A DNA stretch of 64,000 nt, from contig CBDCWP010000039.1 in NCBI GenBank assembly GCA_965223505.1, positions 1 to 64,000 of the forward strand, given 5' to 3'. This document shows, piece by piece, positions 37,967 through 47,616 of this stretch (position 1 is the first letter of the stretch; every line of letters starts with the position of its first letter). A model generated the notes under the pieces. That model was given only the letters and a program-made list of their open reading frames with translations, was not told the origin of the DNA and made no database searches. The stretch is from Planctomycetota bacterium (lineage in GTDB: Bacteria; Planctomycetota; PLA2; JAEUHO01). A program made the translations under genes and the position numbers.

Positions 37967-39255
37967 GCAGTTCCGTGGAGAGCAAGGACGTCAAGAAGGA
38001 CAGCAGCATGGATCTGCAGAAGACCATGCTCGCGCATCACTACGGACGACTCGCGCGGGCCGAGGACGAGGGGCTCAAGAGCGCGTACACGTTCGTGCCG
38101 GGCAACCTCACGGAGCTGCTGCTCAGCTTCGACATCCTTCCGGTGCTTCCCGAGATCAACGCGTTGCAGAACGCGATGCGCAAGAAGTCGGGCGGCTACA
38201 TCTCGACGGCCGAGAAGATGGGGCACTCCGAGGACGTGTGTACCTACGTCAAGTGCGACATCGGCATGGCCAACGCCGGCAATGTCGGGCCGACCGGCGA
38301 GCGGCTGCCCAAGCCGTCGGTGCTGTTGCTCTCGTACACGGGCTGCTTCACGTTCATGAAGTGGTTCGAGCTGCTCAAGCAACAGTACGACTGCCCGATC
38401 GTGATGTTCCACACGCCGTATCAGGGCGGCGGCAAGCCGACCCAGAACATGCGCGACTACATGGTGCGCCAGCTCGAGGAGAAGGTGATTCCCGAGTTGG
38501 AGACGGTGACCGGCAAGTCGTTCGACATCGACAAGCTGTCGGCCCTGTTGGCCAACTCCGCCAAAGCGGAGGACCGCTTCGTCGAGGTGCTCGAGTCCGC
38601 CAAGCACACGCCCTCGCCGATCGACGCGTACTTCGGCGGCGTCTACTACATCTCGCCGATCTTCACTGCGTTTCGCGGGACGGAGGGCGCGATCGAGTAC
38701 TACGACGTGCTGCTGAAGGAGGTCCAGGAGCGCATCGCGAAGGGGCTCGGGCCGATCACGCCCGAGGGCACCATCGACGAGGAGAAGTACCGGCTCGTCG
38801 TCGAGGGCCCGCCTTGCTGGACGAACTTCCGCGACCTCTGGAAGATGTTCTACGACGAAGGCGCGGTCGTCGTCGCCTCCACCTACACGAAGGTCGGCGG
38901 CATCTACGACAACGGCTTCCGGCACGACCCGGACAACCCGCTCGAGTCGCTCGCCGACTACTGCCTCGGCTGCTACACCAATCTGAACCTGCCGTCGCGT
39001 ACCGACATGATCGCGAAGTACGTGCAGGACTACAACGCGGACGGGTTCCTGATCAACTCGATCAAGAGCTGCAACTCGTTCAGTGCCGGACAGCTTCTGA
39101 TCCTGCGTCAGGTCGAGGAGCGCTGCGGCCGGCCGGGGGGCTTCTTCGAGTCGGACCTCGTCGATCCGCGCTACTTCAGCGGCGCGAACGTGAAGAACCG
39201 GCTGGAGTCGTACTTCCAGATGATCGAGCAGAAGCGCTCCGCGGTGGGGGTCTGA
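37963..39255 (+). CDS. bcrB: Benzoyl-CoA reductase subunit B
   Basis: [50 protein letters not shown]. Confidence 0.93.
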   Translation: MSSSVESKDVKKDSSMDLQKTMLAHHYGRLARAEDEGLKSAYTFVPGNLTELLLSFDILPVLPEINALQNAMRKKSGGYISTAEKMGHSEDVCTYVKCDIGMANAGNVGPTGERLPKPSVLLLSYTGCFTFMKWFELLKQQYDCPIVMFHTPYQGGGKPTQNMRDYMVRQLEEKVIPELETVTGKSFDIDKLSALLANSAKAEDRFVEVLESAKHTPSPIDAYFGGVYYISPIFTAFRGTEGAIEYYDVLLKEVQERIAKGLGPITPEGTIDEEKYRLVVEGPPCWTNFRDLWKMFYDEGAVVVASTYTKVGGIYDNGFRHDPDNPLESLADYCLGCYTNLNLPSRTDMIAKYVQDYNADGFLINSIKSCNSFSAGQLLILRQVEERCGRPGGFFESDLVDPRYFSGANVKNRLESYFQMIEQKRSAVGV

Positions 39256-39256
39256 C

Positions 39257-40582
39257 ATGCGTTGTTTCGTCGGCATCGACCTGGGCTCGACCACGACCAA
39301 GGCGGTCGTGTTGGACGACAACGAGCAGCTGCTCGGCCGCGGCATCACCAACAGCCGCAGCAACTACGACCTCGCCTGCGCGGTCGCGCGCAACGAGGCG
39401 TTCATCAACGCGCGCTTCGGCCTGTTCGCCGACCGGCTCGCCGCGGCGGGCATCGAGGACGAAGAGCGCACCGCGTTGACCGAGGTGCTCGAGCGCCACT
39501 TCCGGCGCAAGCAGCACGCGGTGCAGCATGGCGCGCTGTCGGACGTGATCGCCAAGGAGACCGGCCGCGACAAGTACGCCGACCTCACCGACGAGTTGAA
39601 CGCCCGCCTGCGTGACGTGCTCGACGGCATGGCCGAGGACATCCCGGCGATGTTCGAGCCGGGCGCGGCGCGCAAGTCCGACTTCTTCCGCGACATCGCG
39701 ACGAGCGCGTTCATGAAGCGCGCGGAAGCGGCCGGCGACGAGACCGTAGGCTTCGACCTGCTGATGAGCATCTTCGACCGCTCGATCATCCACGTGGAGA
39801 ACCAGGAGCTGGACCTCTCCTTCTCGGCGAACATCCGTCCGGCGCTGGAGAGCATGCGCGGCGAGACGGAGCGCTTCGGCGCGCTGGCGGATCGGATCGA
39901 GGGCGTCGTCAAGGAGGTCGCGGCCATCGAGCTGGAGGAGGTCAACTCCGTCGGCACCGGCTACGGGCGCAGCAAGCTGCCCTTCCGCAAGGACCAGATC
40001 CGGTCCGAGATCCTCTGTCACGGGCTCGGCGCGCATTGGATGTTCCCCGACACGCGCACGGTGCTCGACATCGGCGGTCAGGACACGAAGGCGATCCAGG
40101 TCGACGACGCGGGCATCGTCACGAGCTTCCAGATGAACGACCGCTGCGCCGCGGGTTGCGGCCGCTACCTCGGGTACATCGCGGACGAGATGAATCTCGG
40201 CGTGCACGAGCTCGGGCCGATCGCGCAGAAGTCCTGCCGGACGATCAAGATCTCGTCGACGTGCACGGTGTTCGCGGGCGCGGAGCTGCGCGACCGGCTC
40301 ACGCTCGGCGACAAGCGCGAGGACGTGCTCGCGGGACTGCACCGCGCGATGATGCTGCGCGCGATGTCGCTGCTGGCGCGTTCGGGCGGCATCGACGACG
40401 AGTTCACCTTCACCGGCGGCGTCGCCAAGAACCCGGCGGCGGTCGACGCGCTGCGCCGGCTCGTCTCGGAGAACTACGGCGAGCGCACGCTGAACATCTC
40501 GCCGGACTCGATCTACACGGGCGCGATCGGCGCGTCGTTGTTTGCGCGTCGCGGGGGCGGCGAGGCGGCGGAGGCGGCATGA
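39257..40582 (+). CDS. bcrA: Benzoyl-CoA reductase subunit A
   Basis: [49 protein letters not shown]. Confidence 0.93.
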   Translation: MRCFVGIDLGSTTTKAVVLDDNEQLLGRGITNSRSNYDLACAVARNEAFINARFGLFADRLAAAGIEDEERTALTEVLERHFRRKQHAVQHGALSDVIAKETGRDKYADLTDELNARLRDVLDGMAEDIPAMFEPGAARKSDFFRDIATSAFMKRAEAAGDETVGFDLLMSIFDRSIIHVENQELDLSFSANIRPALESMRGETERFGALADRIEGVVKEVAAIELEEVNSVGTGYGRSKLPFRKDQIRSEILCHGLGAHWMFPDTRTVLDIGGQDTKAIQVDDAGIVTSFQMNDRCAAGCGRYLGYIADEMNLGVHELGPIAQKSCRTIKISSTCTVFAGAELRDRLTLGDKREDVLAGLHRAMMLRAMSLLARSGGIDDEFTFTGGVAKNPAAVDALRRLVSENYGERTLNISPDSIYTGAIGASLFARRGGGEAAEAA

Positions 40583-41430
40583 GCACCACAGCGGGCATCG
40601 ACGTCGGCAGCAGCACGATCAAGACCGTCGTCATCGAGGGCATGGGGCAGGACGCGCGCGTCCGGGCCCGGAGCATCGACCGCATCCGGCGTCGCGATCC
40701 GGGCGTCGTGATCCGCGCCTCGTTCGACCAGGCGCTGCGCGAGGCGGGGCTCGCCGCCGAGGACCTCGACTACGTCGCGACGACCGGCGAGGGCGAGCTC
40801 GTGCCGTTTCGCACCGGCCACTTCTACAGCATGACCGCGCATGCGCGCGGCGGGCTGTTCCTGGTTCCGGAAGCGCGGGCGGTCATGGACGTCGGCGCGC
40901 TGCACGCGCGCGCGATCTTGATGGACGATCGCTCCAAGGTGCTCGGCTACCGGATGACCAACCAGTGCGCGTCGGGCTCGGGCCAGTTCCTCGAGAACAT
41001 CGCGCGCTACCTCGGCGTGGCGCTCGACGAGGTGGGGGAGCTCTCGCAGTCCGCGGGCGATCCCGAGAAGTGCTCGAGCATCTGCGCCGTGCTCGCGGAG
41101 ACCGACGTCATCAACATGGTGTCGCGCGGCATCTCGACGCCGGACATCCTGAAGGGCATCCACCTCTCGATGGCCGGCCGGCTCGTGCGCCTGCTGGCCG
41201 CGGCCAAGGTCGAGGAGACCGTGATCATGACCGGCGGGCTCGCGTCCGACTCGGGGCTGAAGAAGGCCGTCGAGGAGACGCTCGAGAAGGAGAACAAGGA
41301 CTTCGACGTGCGCGTGCACCCGGACTCGATCCTGGCCGGCGCGATCGGCGCGGCGCTGTGGGGCGCGTTCCGGCACGACGTCCTCAAGCGGCGCGGCGAC
41401 AAGCTCACGGAAACGACGGTGCGAGTCTGA
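40579..41430 (+). CDS. bcrD: Benzoyl-CoA reductase subunit D
   Basis: [53 protein letters not shown]. Confidence 0.93.
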   Translation: MSTTAGIDVGSSTIKTVVIEGMGQDARVRARSIDRIRRRDPGVVIRASFDQALREAGLAAEDLDYVATTGEGELVPFRTGHFYSMTAHARGGLFLVPEARAVMDVGALHARAILMDDRSKVLGYRMTNQCASGSGQFLENIARYLGVALDEVGELSQSAGDPEKCSSICAVLAETDVINMVSRGISTPDILKGIHLSMAGRLVRLLAAAKVEETVIMTGGLASDSGLKKAVEETLEKENKDFDVRVHPDSILAGAIGAALWGAFRHDVLKRRGDKLTETTVRV

Positions 41431-41431
41431 G

Positions 41432-42154
41432 ATGACGAAGGCGATGACCGAGCGCGTGGTGCTGGTCACGGGCGGCGGCTCCGGGATCGGGCACGCCGTG
41501 GTCGAGGCTTTGCGGCAGGCGGGCGCACACGTCGTCGCGATCGACAAGAAGCCCCCCGAGGGCGCACGCTTCGACGGGGTCATGAAGCTCGGCGTCGACG
41601 TGACGGACGAGGCGGCGGTTCAGGACGCGGTCGTCCGGATCGTCGACGAGCTCGGCGGGATCGACGGGCTGGTGCAGTGCGCCGGTGTCACCGACGACGC
41701 CGTGCTGTGGAAGATGACGCCCGAGGCGTGGCGCGAGGTGCTGGACGTCAACCTCACCGGGGCCTTCCTGATGCTGCGCGCGGTCGCGCCCCGGCTGCGC
41801 GCGCGTGGCGGAGGCGCCGTGGTCAACGTCACCTCGATCAACGGCATGCGCGGCAAGTTCGGACAGGCGAACTACGCCGCGTCGAAAGCCGGGCTGATCG
41901 GACTGACCAAGACGGCGGCCCGCGAGCTCGGGACGTTCGGCGTTCGCGTCAACGCCGTCGCCCCCGGTTTCGTCAACACACCGATGACGGCGGACCTCCC
42001 CGTCGAGGTCGTCGACCGAGCGCTGGAGGAGGCCGTCCTCGGGCGCGTGTCCGAGCCCGCCGACGTGGCCGCGGCCATCCTGTTCCTGCTTTCCGACGCC
42101 GCGCGCCAGATCACGGGCGAGACGCTGCGCGTAGACGGCGGGCAGTACATCTGA
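41432..42154 (+). CDS. SDR family 3-oxoacyl reductase / 3-hydroxyacyl-CoA dehydrogenase
   Basis: TGGGSGIG, YAASK, VNAVAPG; SINGMRGKFGQANY. Confidence 0.88.
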   Translation: MTKAMTERVVLVTGGGSGIGHAVVEALRQAGAHVVAIDKKPPEGARFDGVMKLGVDVTDEAAVQDAVVRIVDELGGIDGLVQCAGVTDDAVLWKMTPEAWREVLDVNLTGAFLMLRAVAPRLRARGGGAVVNVTSINGMRGKFGQANYAASKAGLIGLTKTAARELGTFGVRVNAVAPGFVNTPMTADLPVEVVDRALEEAVLGRVSEPADVAAAILFLLSDAARQITGETLRVDGGQYI

Positions 42155-42165
42155 AAGGAAACGAC

Positions 42166-42648
42166 ATGACGGACGTCGACACGACGGGCGAAGACGCGAT
42201 TCGCGAATACGACCGGATCAAGGTGCGCATGCTCACGAACGACGATCTCGACGCGGTCGTGCGCATCGACAAGCGTTCCACCGGCGAGGCGCGACGCGAC
42301 TACTTCGAGCTCAAGCTGAAGCAGGCCATGGAGGACACGCGCATCGTCGTGTCGCTGGGCGCCGAGATCGACGACGCACTCGTCGGCTTCTTGATGGGCA
42401 AGCTCTACTACGGCGAGTTCGGGATCGCGGATCCGGTGGCGATCCTCGACACGATCGGCGTCGAGCCGGAGCGCGCGCGAGAGGGCATCGGCAAGGCGAT
42501 GCTCGAGCAGTTTCGGATGAACCTGCGCGTGCTCGGGATCGAGAAGATCCAGACGCAGGCCGGGTGGAACGAGTGGCGGCTGCTGCGTTTCCTCGAGGCG
42601 CAGGGCTTCGAACCCGTGCCGCGCCTCTCGTTGGAAGCTCGCATCTAG
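42166..42648 (+). CDS. GNAT acetyltransferase of benzoyl-CoA clusters (BadL-like)
   Basis: AAAGGA RBS; DLDAVVRID, ILDTIGVEPERAREGIGKAM, FLEAQGF. Confidence 0.8.
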   Translation: MTDVDTTGEDAIREYDRIKVRMLTNDDLDAVVRIDKRSTGEARRDYFELKLKQAMEDTRIVVSLGAEIDDALVGFLMGKLYYGEFGIADPVAILDTIGVEPERAREGIGKAMLEQFRMNLRVLGIEKIQTQAGWNEWRLLRFLEAQGFEPVPRLSLEARI

Positions 42649-42717
42649 CTGTCGAGCGCCCCTGCCGACGCCCTACAATCGCCGCGCAACTGACGTTGGT
42701 AGGGATGGAGCACGCCC

Positions 42718-44235
42718 ATGCGCACGTTGTCGTGGCTGTCGTTGATCTGCGTACTCGCGTCGGGCCCGGTGCTCGCGAAGGAAAAGGACAGTGACGAGCC
42801 CATTCTGAACGGTGAGATCGGCGCGCAGCTCGACCGCGCCATCCTTCAGGACGCGCCGAAGCTGTGGGGCTCGGTCCTCGTCGCGCGCGACGGCGAGATC
42901 CTGCTGGCGAAGGGGTACGGCTTCGCCGACTACGCTTCCGAGCCGAACACGCCGCGCACGCTGCACGAGATCGCGTCGGCCAGCAAACAGGTGGCGGCGA
43001 CCGCCGTCATGCACCTGCATCAGCGCAAAAAGCTCAAGGTCACGGACTCGATCGGCAAGTATTTCAAGAAGGTTCCGGACGACAAGAAGTCGATCACCAT
43101 CCACCACCTGCTGACACATACCTCCGGCATCTCCGGCAACGTCGGCGTGCCGTACGCGTCGCCGCTCAACCGCAAGGACTACGTCAAGCAGATGATGGCG
43201 GAGCCGCTCGTGAACGAGCCGGGCGCCGTGTACGAGTACGCCAACGTCAACTACGCGCTGGCGGCCGCGATCGTCGAGGAGGTGTCGGGCAAGGACTTCG
43301 AGGACTACTGCGAGAAGCACCTCTTCAAGCCGGCCGAGTGCAAGGACACCGGTTTCATCACCGACAAGGACCTGAAGAAGAGCGGCCGTGCCTCCGCGCG
43401 GCAGGGTGAGCCCAGCAAGACGGCCGCAGACTGGCACTACGGCTGGGGCTACCGCGGCATGGGGGGCGTCGTCACGACGGTGCTCGACCTGTTCCGATGG
43501 GATCGGGCGCTGCGCGGCGACGACGTGCTGAAGGACGAGGCGAAGGCGCTGCTCTACACGCCTTACAAGAATCACTACGCATACGGGTGGAACGTCAACT
43601 GGACGGATCGCGGCACGCGCAAGGTGCATCACTCGGGCGCAGTGAAGGGCTACGGCGCGAACGTCATCCGTTACCTCGAGGACGACGTGTGCATCTTCGT
43701 GCTCTCCAACAACGGAGAGAACGCCTTCAAGGCGACGGGCGCCGTCGAGAAGCTGCTGTTCGAGCCGGTTTCGATCCCGGTCGAGCTCGACATGCAGCCG
43801 TTCGGCGGCGGCGGAAAGACGGTCAAGCTGCCGGCGAAGATGACGTGGAAGGCGTCGAAGAAGAAGAAGAACGTCATCCTGCAGCTCAAGCACAAGAACG
43901 ACGTCGCGATGGAGCTTCAGATCCCGAAGGGGACGTACGCGAAGATGGTCGTCGCCGATCTCGAACAGGCGGTGCGGTCGCGGGAAGCGGACGACGACGG
44001 CGAGAAGCCGGCGGTCGAGGCCGAGATGCACCTGCGGGGCTACGGCCCGTCGGCGAAGATCCGCCATCCGTTCGGTTCGATCGAGATCCGGGCGGAGTTC
44101 CGCATGAAGGACGGGGTCGAAAAGCGAGCGACCTTCATCCTGAAGGACACGCGCTCGGGCGCGTGGACGGGGTGGGTCAAGATGAACCTGGCATCCGCCA
44201 AGCAGCTGTTGGCGTGCATGCGGAAGGCGATGTAG
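42718..44235 (+). CDS. Secreted serine hydrolase (beta-lactamase/AmpC-like family)
   Basis: Signal peptide; SASK (SxxK), LLTHTSG, YAN and HSG motifs. Confidence 0.9.
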   Translation: MRTLSWLSLICVLASGPVLAKEKDSDEPILNGEIGAQLDRAILQDAPKLWGSVLVARDGEILLAKGYGFADYASEPNTPRTLHEIASASKQVAATAVMHLHQRKKLKVTDSIGKYFKKVPDDKKSITIHHLLTHTSGISGNVGVPYASPLNRKDYVKQMMAEPLVNEPGAVYEYANVNYALAAAIVEEVSGKDFEDYCEKHLFKPAECKDTGFITDKDLKKSGRASARQGEPSKTAADWHYGWGYRGMGGVVTTVLDLFRWDRALRGDDVLKDEAKALLYTPYKNHYAYGWNVNWTDRGTRKVHHSGAVKGYGANVIRYLEDDVCIFVLSNNGENAFKATGAVEKLLFEPVSIPVELDMQPFGGGGKTVKLPAKMTWKASKKKKNVILQLKHKNDVAMELQIPKGTYAKMVVADLEQAVRSREADDDGEKPAVEAEMHLRGYGPSAKIRHPFGSIEIRAEFRMKDGVEKRATFILKDTRSGAWTGWVKMNLASAKQLLACMRKAM

Positions 44236-44602
44236 GGGCGGCGCCCGCGACCGACCGATGGCGTCTCGGGCCGAACGTCGGGATCGGGATCGGGATGTAG
44301 GGGCGGCCCTCGTGGCCGCCCAATTGGTCACGTCCCTCAATGGGCAGCCACAAGGGCTGCCCCTACGGGGGATCATCACGTGCACGTGAACGTGCACCTG
44401 ATCGTGCACGACACCCGGGACCGCGACGCGGGGGATGTAGGGGCGACCCTCGTGGTCGCCCAATTGGCCACGTCCTTCAGGGCAGCCACAAGGGCTGCCC
44501 CTACAGGGGATCATCACGTGCGCGTGAACGTGCACGACACCCGGGACCGCGACGCGGGGGATGTAGGGGCGACCCTCGTGGTCGCCCAATCGCGGCCCCT
44601 AC
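44232..44602. repeat. GTAG-family REP/REPIN array
   Basis: GTAGGGGCG(G/A)CCCTCGTGG(C/T)CGCCC at 44297, 44437 and 44563; inverted GGGCAGCCACAAGGGCTGCCCCTAC at 44342 and 44480; near-identical linkers. Confidence 0.85.
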
Positions 44603-45375
44603 GGATCCGCAGCCAGGTATCGCGCCGCCGGATCCTGACCGAAAAAGTCGCGCAGGACCTCGTACAGCTCCGGAAGCTCCTCCTGCATGTCCACCGGCAT
44701 CTCGAAGAACGTCTCCGTCGCGACCGCGAAGAACTCGGCTTCGTTCGTGGCCCCGTACGGATCGAGGAGCGTGTCGACGTCGTTCTCGTCCTCCTCGCAC
44801 AGCTGCTCGTAGGCACGCGTCATGACGTCCGCCCAGCGCACGGCCGCCTCACGCGATGGCAGCGGGGGCGTGCCGTCGATGACGCCCGACTCGAAGTCGA
44901 GCTTGTGCGCGAACTCGTGCAGCGCGACGTTGACGCCGTCTTGCCCGTACTGCGCCCCGTCCAGAACCTGGTCCCAGGACAGGATCACGGGTCCGCGGTA
45001 CCACGCCTCGCCGGCGTGCTCGGCGTCCTCCGCGTAGATGCCGTCCTCCAGATGCCGCGGGCCGACCCGGTACGACGACGGGTACACCAGAATCGTGTCG
45101 AACTGCGGGTAGTAGTCGTGCTCGAGGCCAAGGAGCAGCAGCGCCGCGTGGCCGGCGATCACGACCTGCATCTCTTCCGTCAGGGTGAGGCCGCCGCACC
45201 CCTCCCAGTGCTTCTCCGCGACGATGACCCGCAGGATGTCGTGCAGCGTGCTCTTCTCGGCCGCGGCCAGTGTCCCGTAGAACGGAAGCGCCTCGAGGGC
45301 CCGGACCCAGTCCTCCGGGAACGGTTGCGCCAACAGCCTCCGGCGCCGCCGTCGTTTGAGCCATGAGAAGACCAT
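44599..45375 (-). CDS. MtfA / peptidase M90 zinc-dependent peptidase
   Basis: EKHWEGCGGL, GPVILSW, NVALHEFAHKLD, YGATNEAEFFAVATETFFE. Confidence 0.92.
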   Translation of the reverse strand: MVFSWLKRRRRRRLLAQPFPEDWVRALEALPFYGTLAAAEKSTLHDILRVIVAEKHWEGCGGLTLTEEMQVVIAGHAALLLLGLEHDYYPQFDTILVYPSSYRVGPRHLEDGIYAEDAEHAGEAWYRGPVILSWDQVLDGAQYGQDGVNVALHEFAHKLDFESGVIDGTPPLPSREAAVRWADVMTRAYEQLCEEDENDVDTLLDPYGATNEAEFFAVATETFFEMPVDMQEELPELYEVLRDFFGQDPAARYLAADP

Positions 45376-45431
45376 GGGGCGATTGTGGCACACAGGGCAG
45401 AATGGCGGCGCGAGTCGAAGGGAGGCCGGAG

Positions 45432-47576
45432 ATGACCCGGGACGGTGCGACGGTCGCACGCACGCGCAGCGTCGGACGGACGCTCCTGCAGATCCTCGTC
45501 TTCGGCATCCTCCTGCCCGCCGCGCTCATCTGGGGGCTGGGTCACTTCACCTCACGAGAAGCGGTCCGTCTCATGTGGCAGGGACTCTCCAAGGAGATCG
45601 CCGGCCACTCCGTCGAGAGCACGCTGCGCTACCTCGAGACGGGGGAGACCGCGCTCGCGCTCAACTCCTCGATGGTCGATCTCGGGCTGACCGACCCGGC
45701 GAACCGCAAGTCGATGCTCGAGTACTTGTTGGCGGGACTGAAGGCGAACCCGAATGTGACCTGGTACTCGTTCGGCGGTGCCGATGGCGTGTACCTGAGC
45801 GCCTACAGGCCGCCGACGTCGGAGGGCGGCTACCGGGTCACGTGGCGCGAGCAGGTCGAAGGCGGAGCGCTCTACCGCGACTTTCGCGTCGAAGACGACG
45901 GCACCTGGACCCCGCTCCCCGAGAAGACGCAGCCCTACGACTGCCGCACGCGTGTCTGGTACAAGGCCGCGCTCGAGCGCGAGGGGCCGGTTTGGTCGAA
46001 GCCCTTCCTCTTCGCGTCCGGCCCGCCCGGCTTCATCCTCTCGTCCAAGGTGCAGCGCGCCGACGGGACGTTTCTCGGCGTGTGGGGCATCGAGTACGAG
46101 ATGTCCTACGTCTCGGACTTCCTCAGCAGGCTCGAGATCGGAACAGACAACAAGGGCCGCGCGTACCTCGTGACCGCCGCGGGCGAGGTCATCGGACACC
46201 CGGAAGTCGGCGAGAAGATCGGCGAGGCCGACGGCTTCATCGTCACCGAGCAGGACGGCAAGAAGGTGATCGCCACTGCGGCGAACCATCGCGACGAGCG
46301 GCTTCGACAAGCGTTCCTGCGCTCGCAGACGATGTCCGACGAAGAGATGAACCGCCGTTTCGAGATCGACGGAGAGCCGTATTTCGCGGCCGTGCAGCGC
46401 TTTCCCGAGACGAGCCGGCTCGACTGGACGATCCTGATCGTCGTGCCGCAGGACGACATTCTCGGCGACATCCCGCGCAACGAGATCTACGCGGCGATCG
46501 CGGCGATCGTGATCGCGGTCATGTTCCTGCTGTTCGCGCAGCGCTACGCGTCGCGCCGGATCACGCAGCCGCTGAAGAGCATCGCGCGCGAGTTCGAGGA
46601 GATGTCGAGCCTGAGCACGGAGCAGACCCCGAGTGCGGACGATTCACCCGTGACCGAGGTGGCCGGCATGATGCGCGCGCGCGAGGTGATGCGAACCGGG
46701 CTGCGTTCGTTCAAGAAGTACGTGCCATTGGACCTCGTGCGTCAGCTGATGGAGAGCGGTCGTGCGCCCGAGCTCGGCGGCGAGCGGCGCTCGATGACCG
46801 TGATGTTCTCCGACGTCGTGGACTTCACGCGGATCAGCGAGGAGCTCGGCGAGCCGGAGGAGCTCGTGAGCGCGCTGGCGGAGTACCTCGACGTGATGAG
46901 CGCGATGATCGCGAAGCAGAACGGGACGGTCGACAAGTACATCGGCGACGCGATCATGGCCTTCTGGGGTGCGCCGCAGGAGAACCCCGAGCACGCGCTC
47001 TCGGCGTGCCACGCGGCCTGGGCGTCGCAGCAGGCGCTCTCGGCGTTGCGCATGCGCTGGGGCGCGGAGGGGCATCCGCTGTTTCGCGCCAAGATCGGCA
47101 TCAACACCGGCGAGATGCTGGTGGGCAACATCGGCTCGGAGCGGCGGATGGACTACACCGTGATGGGGGACGCGGTGAACCTCGCCAGTCGCATCGAGGG
47201 GCTGTGCGCGATCTACGGACTCGAGATCGCGGTCGGCGAGAACACCTGGGATGCGGTGAAGGGGGAATTCGAGGGCCGGCCGGTGGACTGTGTCGAGGTG
47301 AAGGGCAAGTCGAAGTCGGTCGTGTTCTACGAGCTGCTGGGGCCGAAGGGCACTGTGTCGGCGCAGGTGCTGGCGTTCGGCGCGGCGTACACCGAGGCGT
47401 TCGAGCGGTATCGCGCACGGGGGTTCGATGCGGCGTGCGCGGCGTTCCGGACGGCGCACGAGATGCGTCCCGAGGACGTGGCCGCGCGGGAGATGGTGTC
47501 GCGGTGTGAGGCCTATCAGCGCGAGCCGCCGCCTGACGACTGGACGGGGGCGGTCCGATTGACGCGGAAGAGCTGA
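45432..47576 (+). CDS. Cache-sensor class III adenylate/guanylate cyclase
   Basis: Two TMs around a Cache-like domain (YDCRTRVWY); FSDVVDFT, DKYIGDAIMAFWGAP, GDAVNLASRIEG. Confidence 0.92.
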   Translation: MTRDGATVARTRSVGRTLLQILVFGILLPAALIWGLGHFTSREAVRLMWQGLSKEIAGHSVESTLRYLETGETALALNSSMVDLGLTDPANRKSMLEYLLAGLKANPNVTWYSFGGADGVYLSAYRPPTSEGGYRVTWREQVEGGALYRDFRVEDDGTWTPLPEKTQPYDCRTRVWYKAALEREGPVWSKPFLFASGPPGFILSSKVQRADGTFLGVWGIEYEMSYVSDFLSRLEIGTDNKGRAYLVTAAGEVIGHPEVGEKIGEADGFIVTEQDGKKVIATAANHRDERLRQAFLRSQTMSDEEMNRRFEIDGEPYFAAVQRFPETSRLDWTILIVVPQDDILGDIPRNEIYAAIAAIVIAVMFLLFAQRYASRRITQPLKSIAREFEEMSSLSTEQTPSADDSPVTEVAGMMRAREVMRTGLRSFKKYVPLDLVRQLMESGRAPELGGERRSMTVMFSDVVDFTRISEELGEPEELVSALAEYLDVMSAMIAKQNGTVDKYIGDAIMAFWGAPQENPEHALSACHAAWASQQALSALRMRWGAEGHPLFRAKIGINTGEMLVGNIGSERRMDYTVMGDAVNLASRIEGLCAIYGLEIAVGENTWDAVKGEFEGRPVDCVEVKGKSKSVVFYELLGPKGTVSAQVLAFGAAYTEAFERYRARGFDAACAAFRTAHEMRPEDVAAREMVSRCEAYQREPPPDDWTGAVRLTRKS

Positions 47577-47616
47577 TGCATGTATGCGAGCGACCGAACG
47601 CGGCCGTGTGGCCGTA

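Noticed and set aside
44297..44587. CRISPR array
   Set aside because: Repeats alternate in orientation, linkers are near-identical rather than unique spacers, and no cas genes are present.
42673..44825. ORFs with repeated peptides (GDHEGRPY, VHVHVH)
   Set aside because: Translations of the REP array and of the antisense strand of the serine hydrolase.
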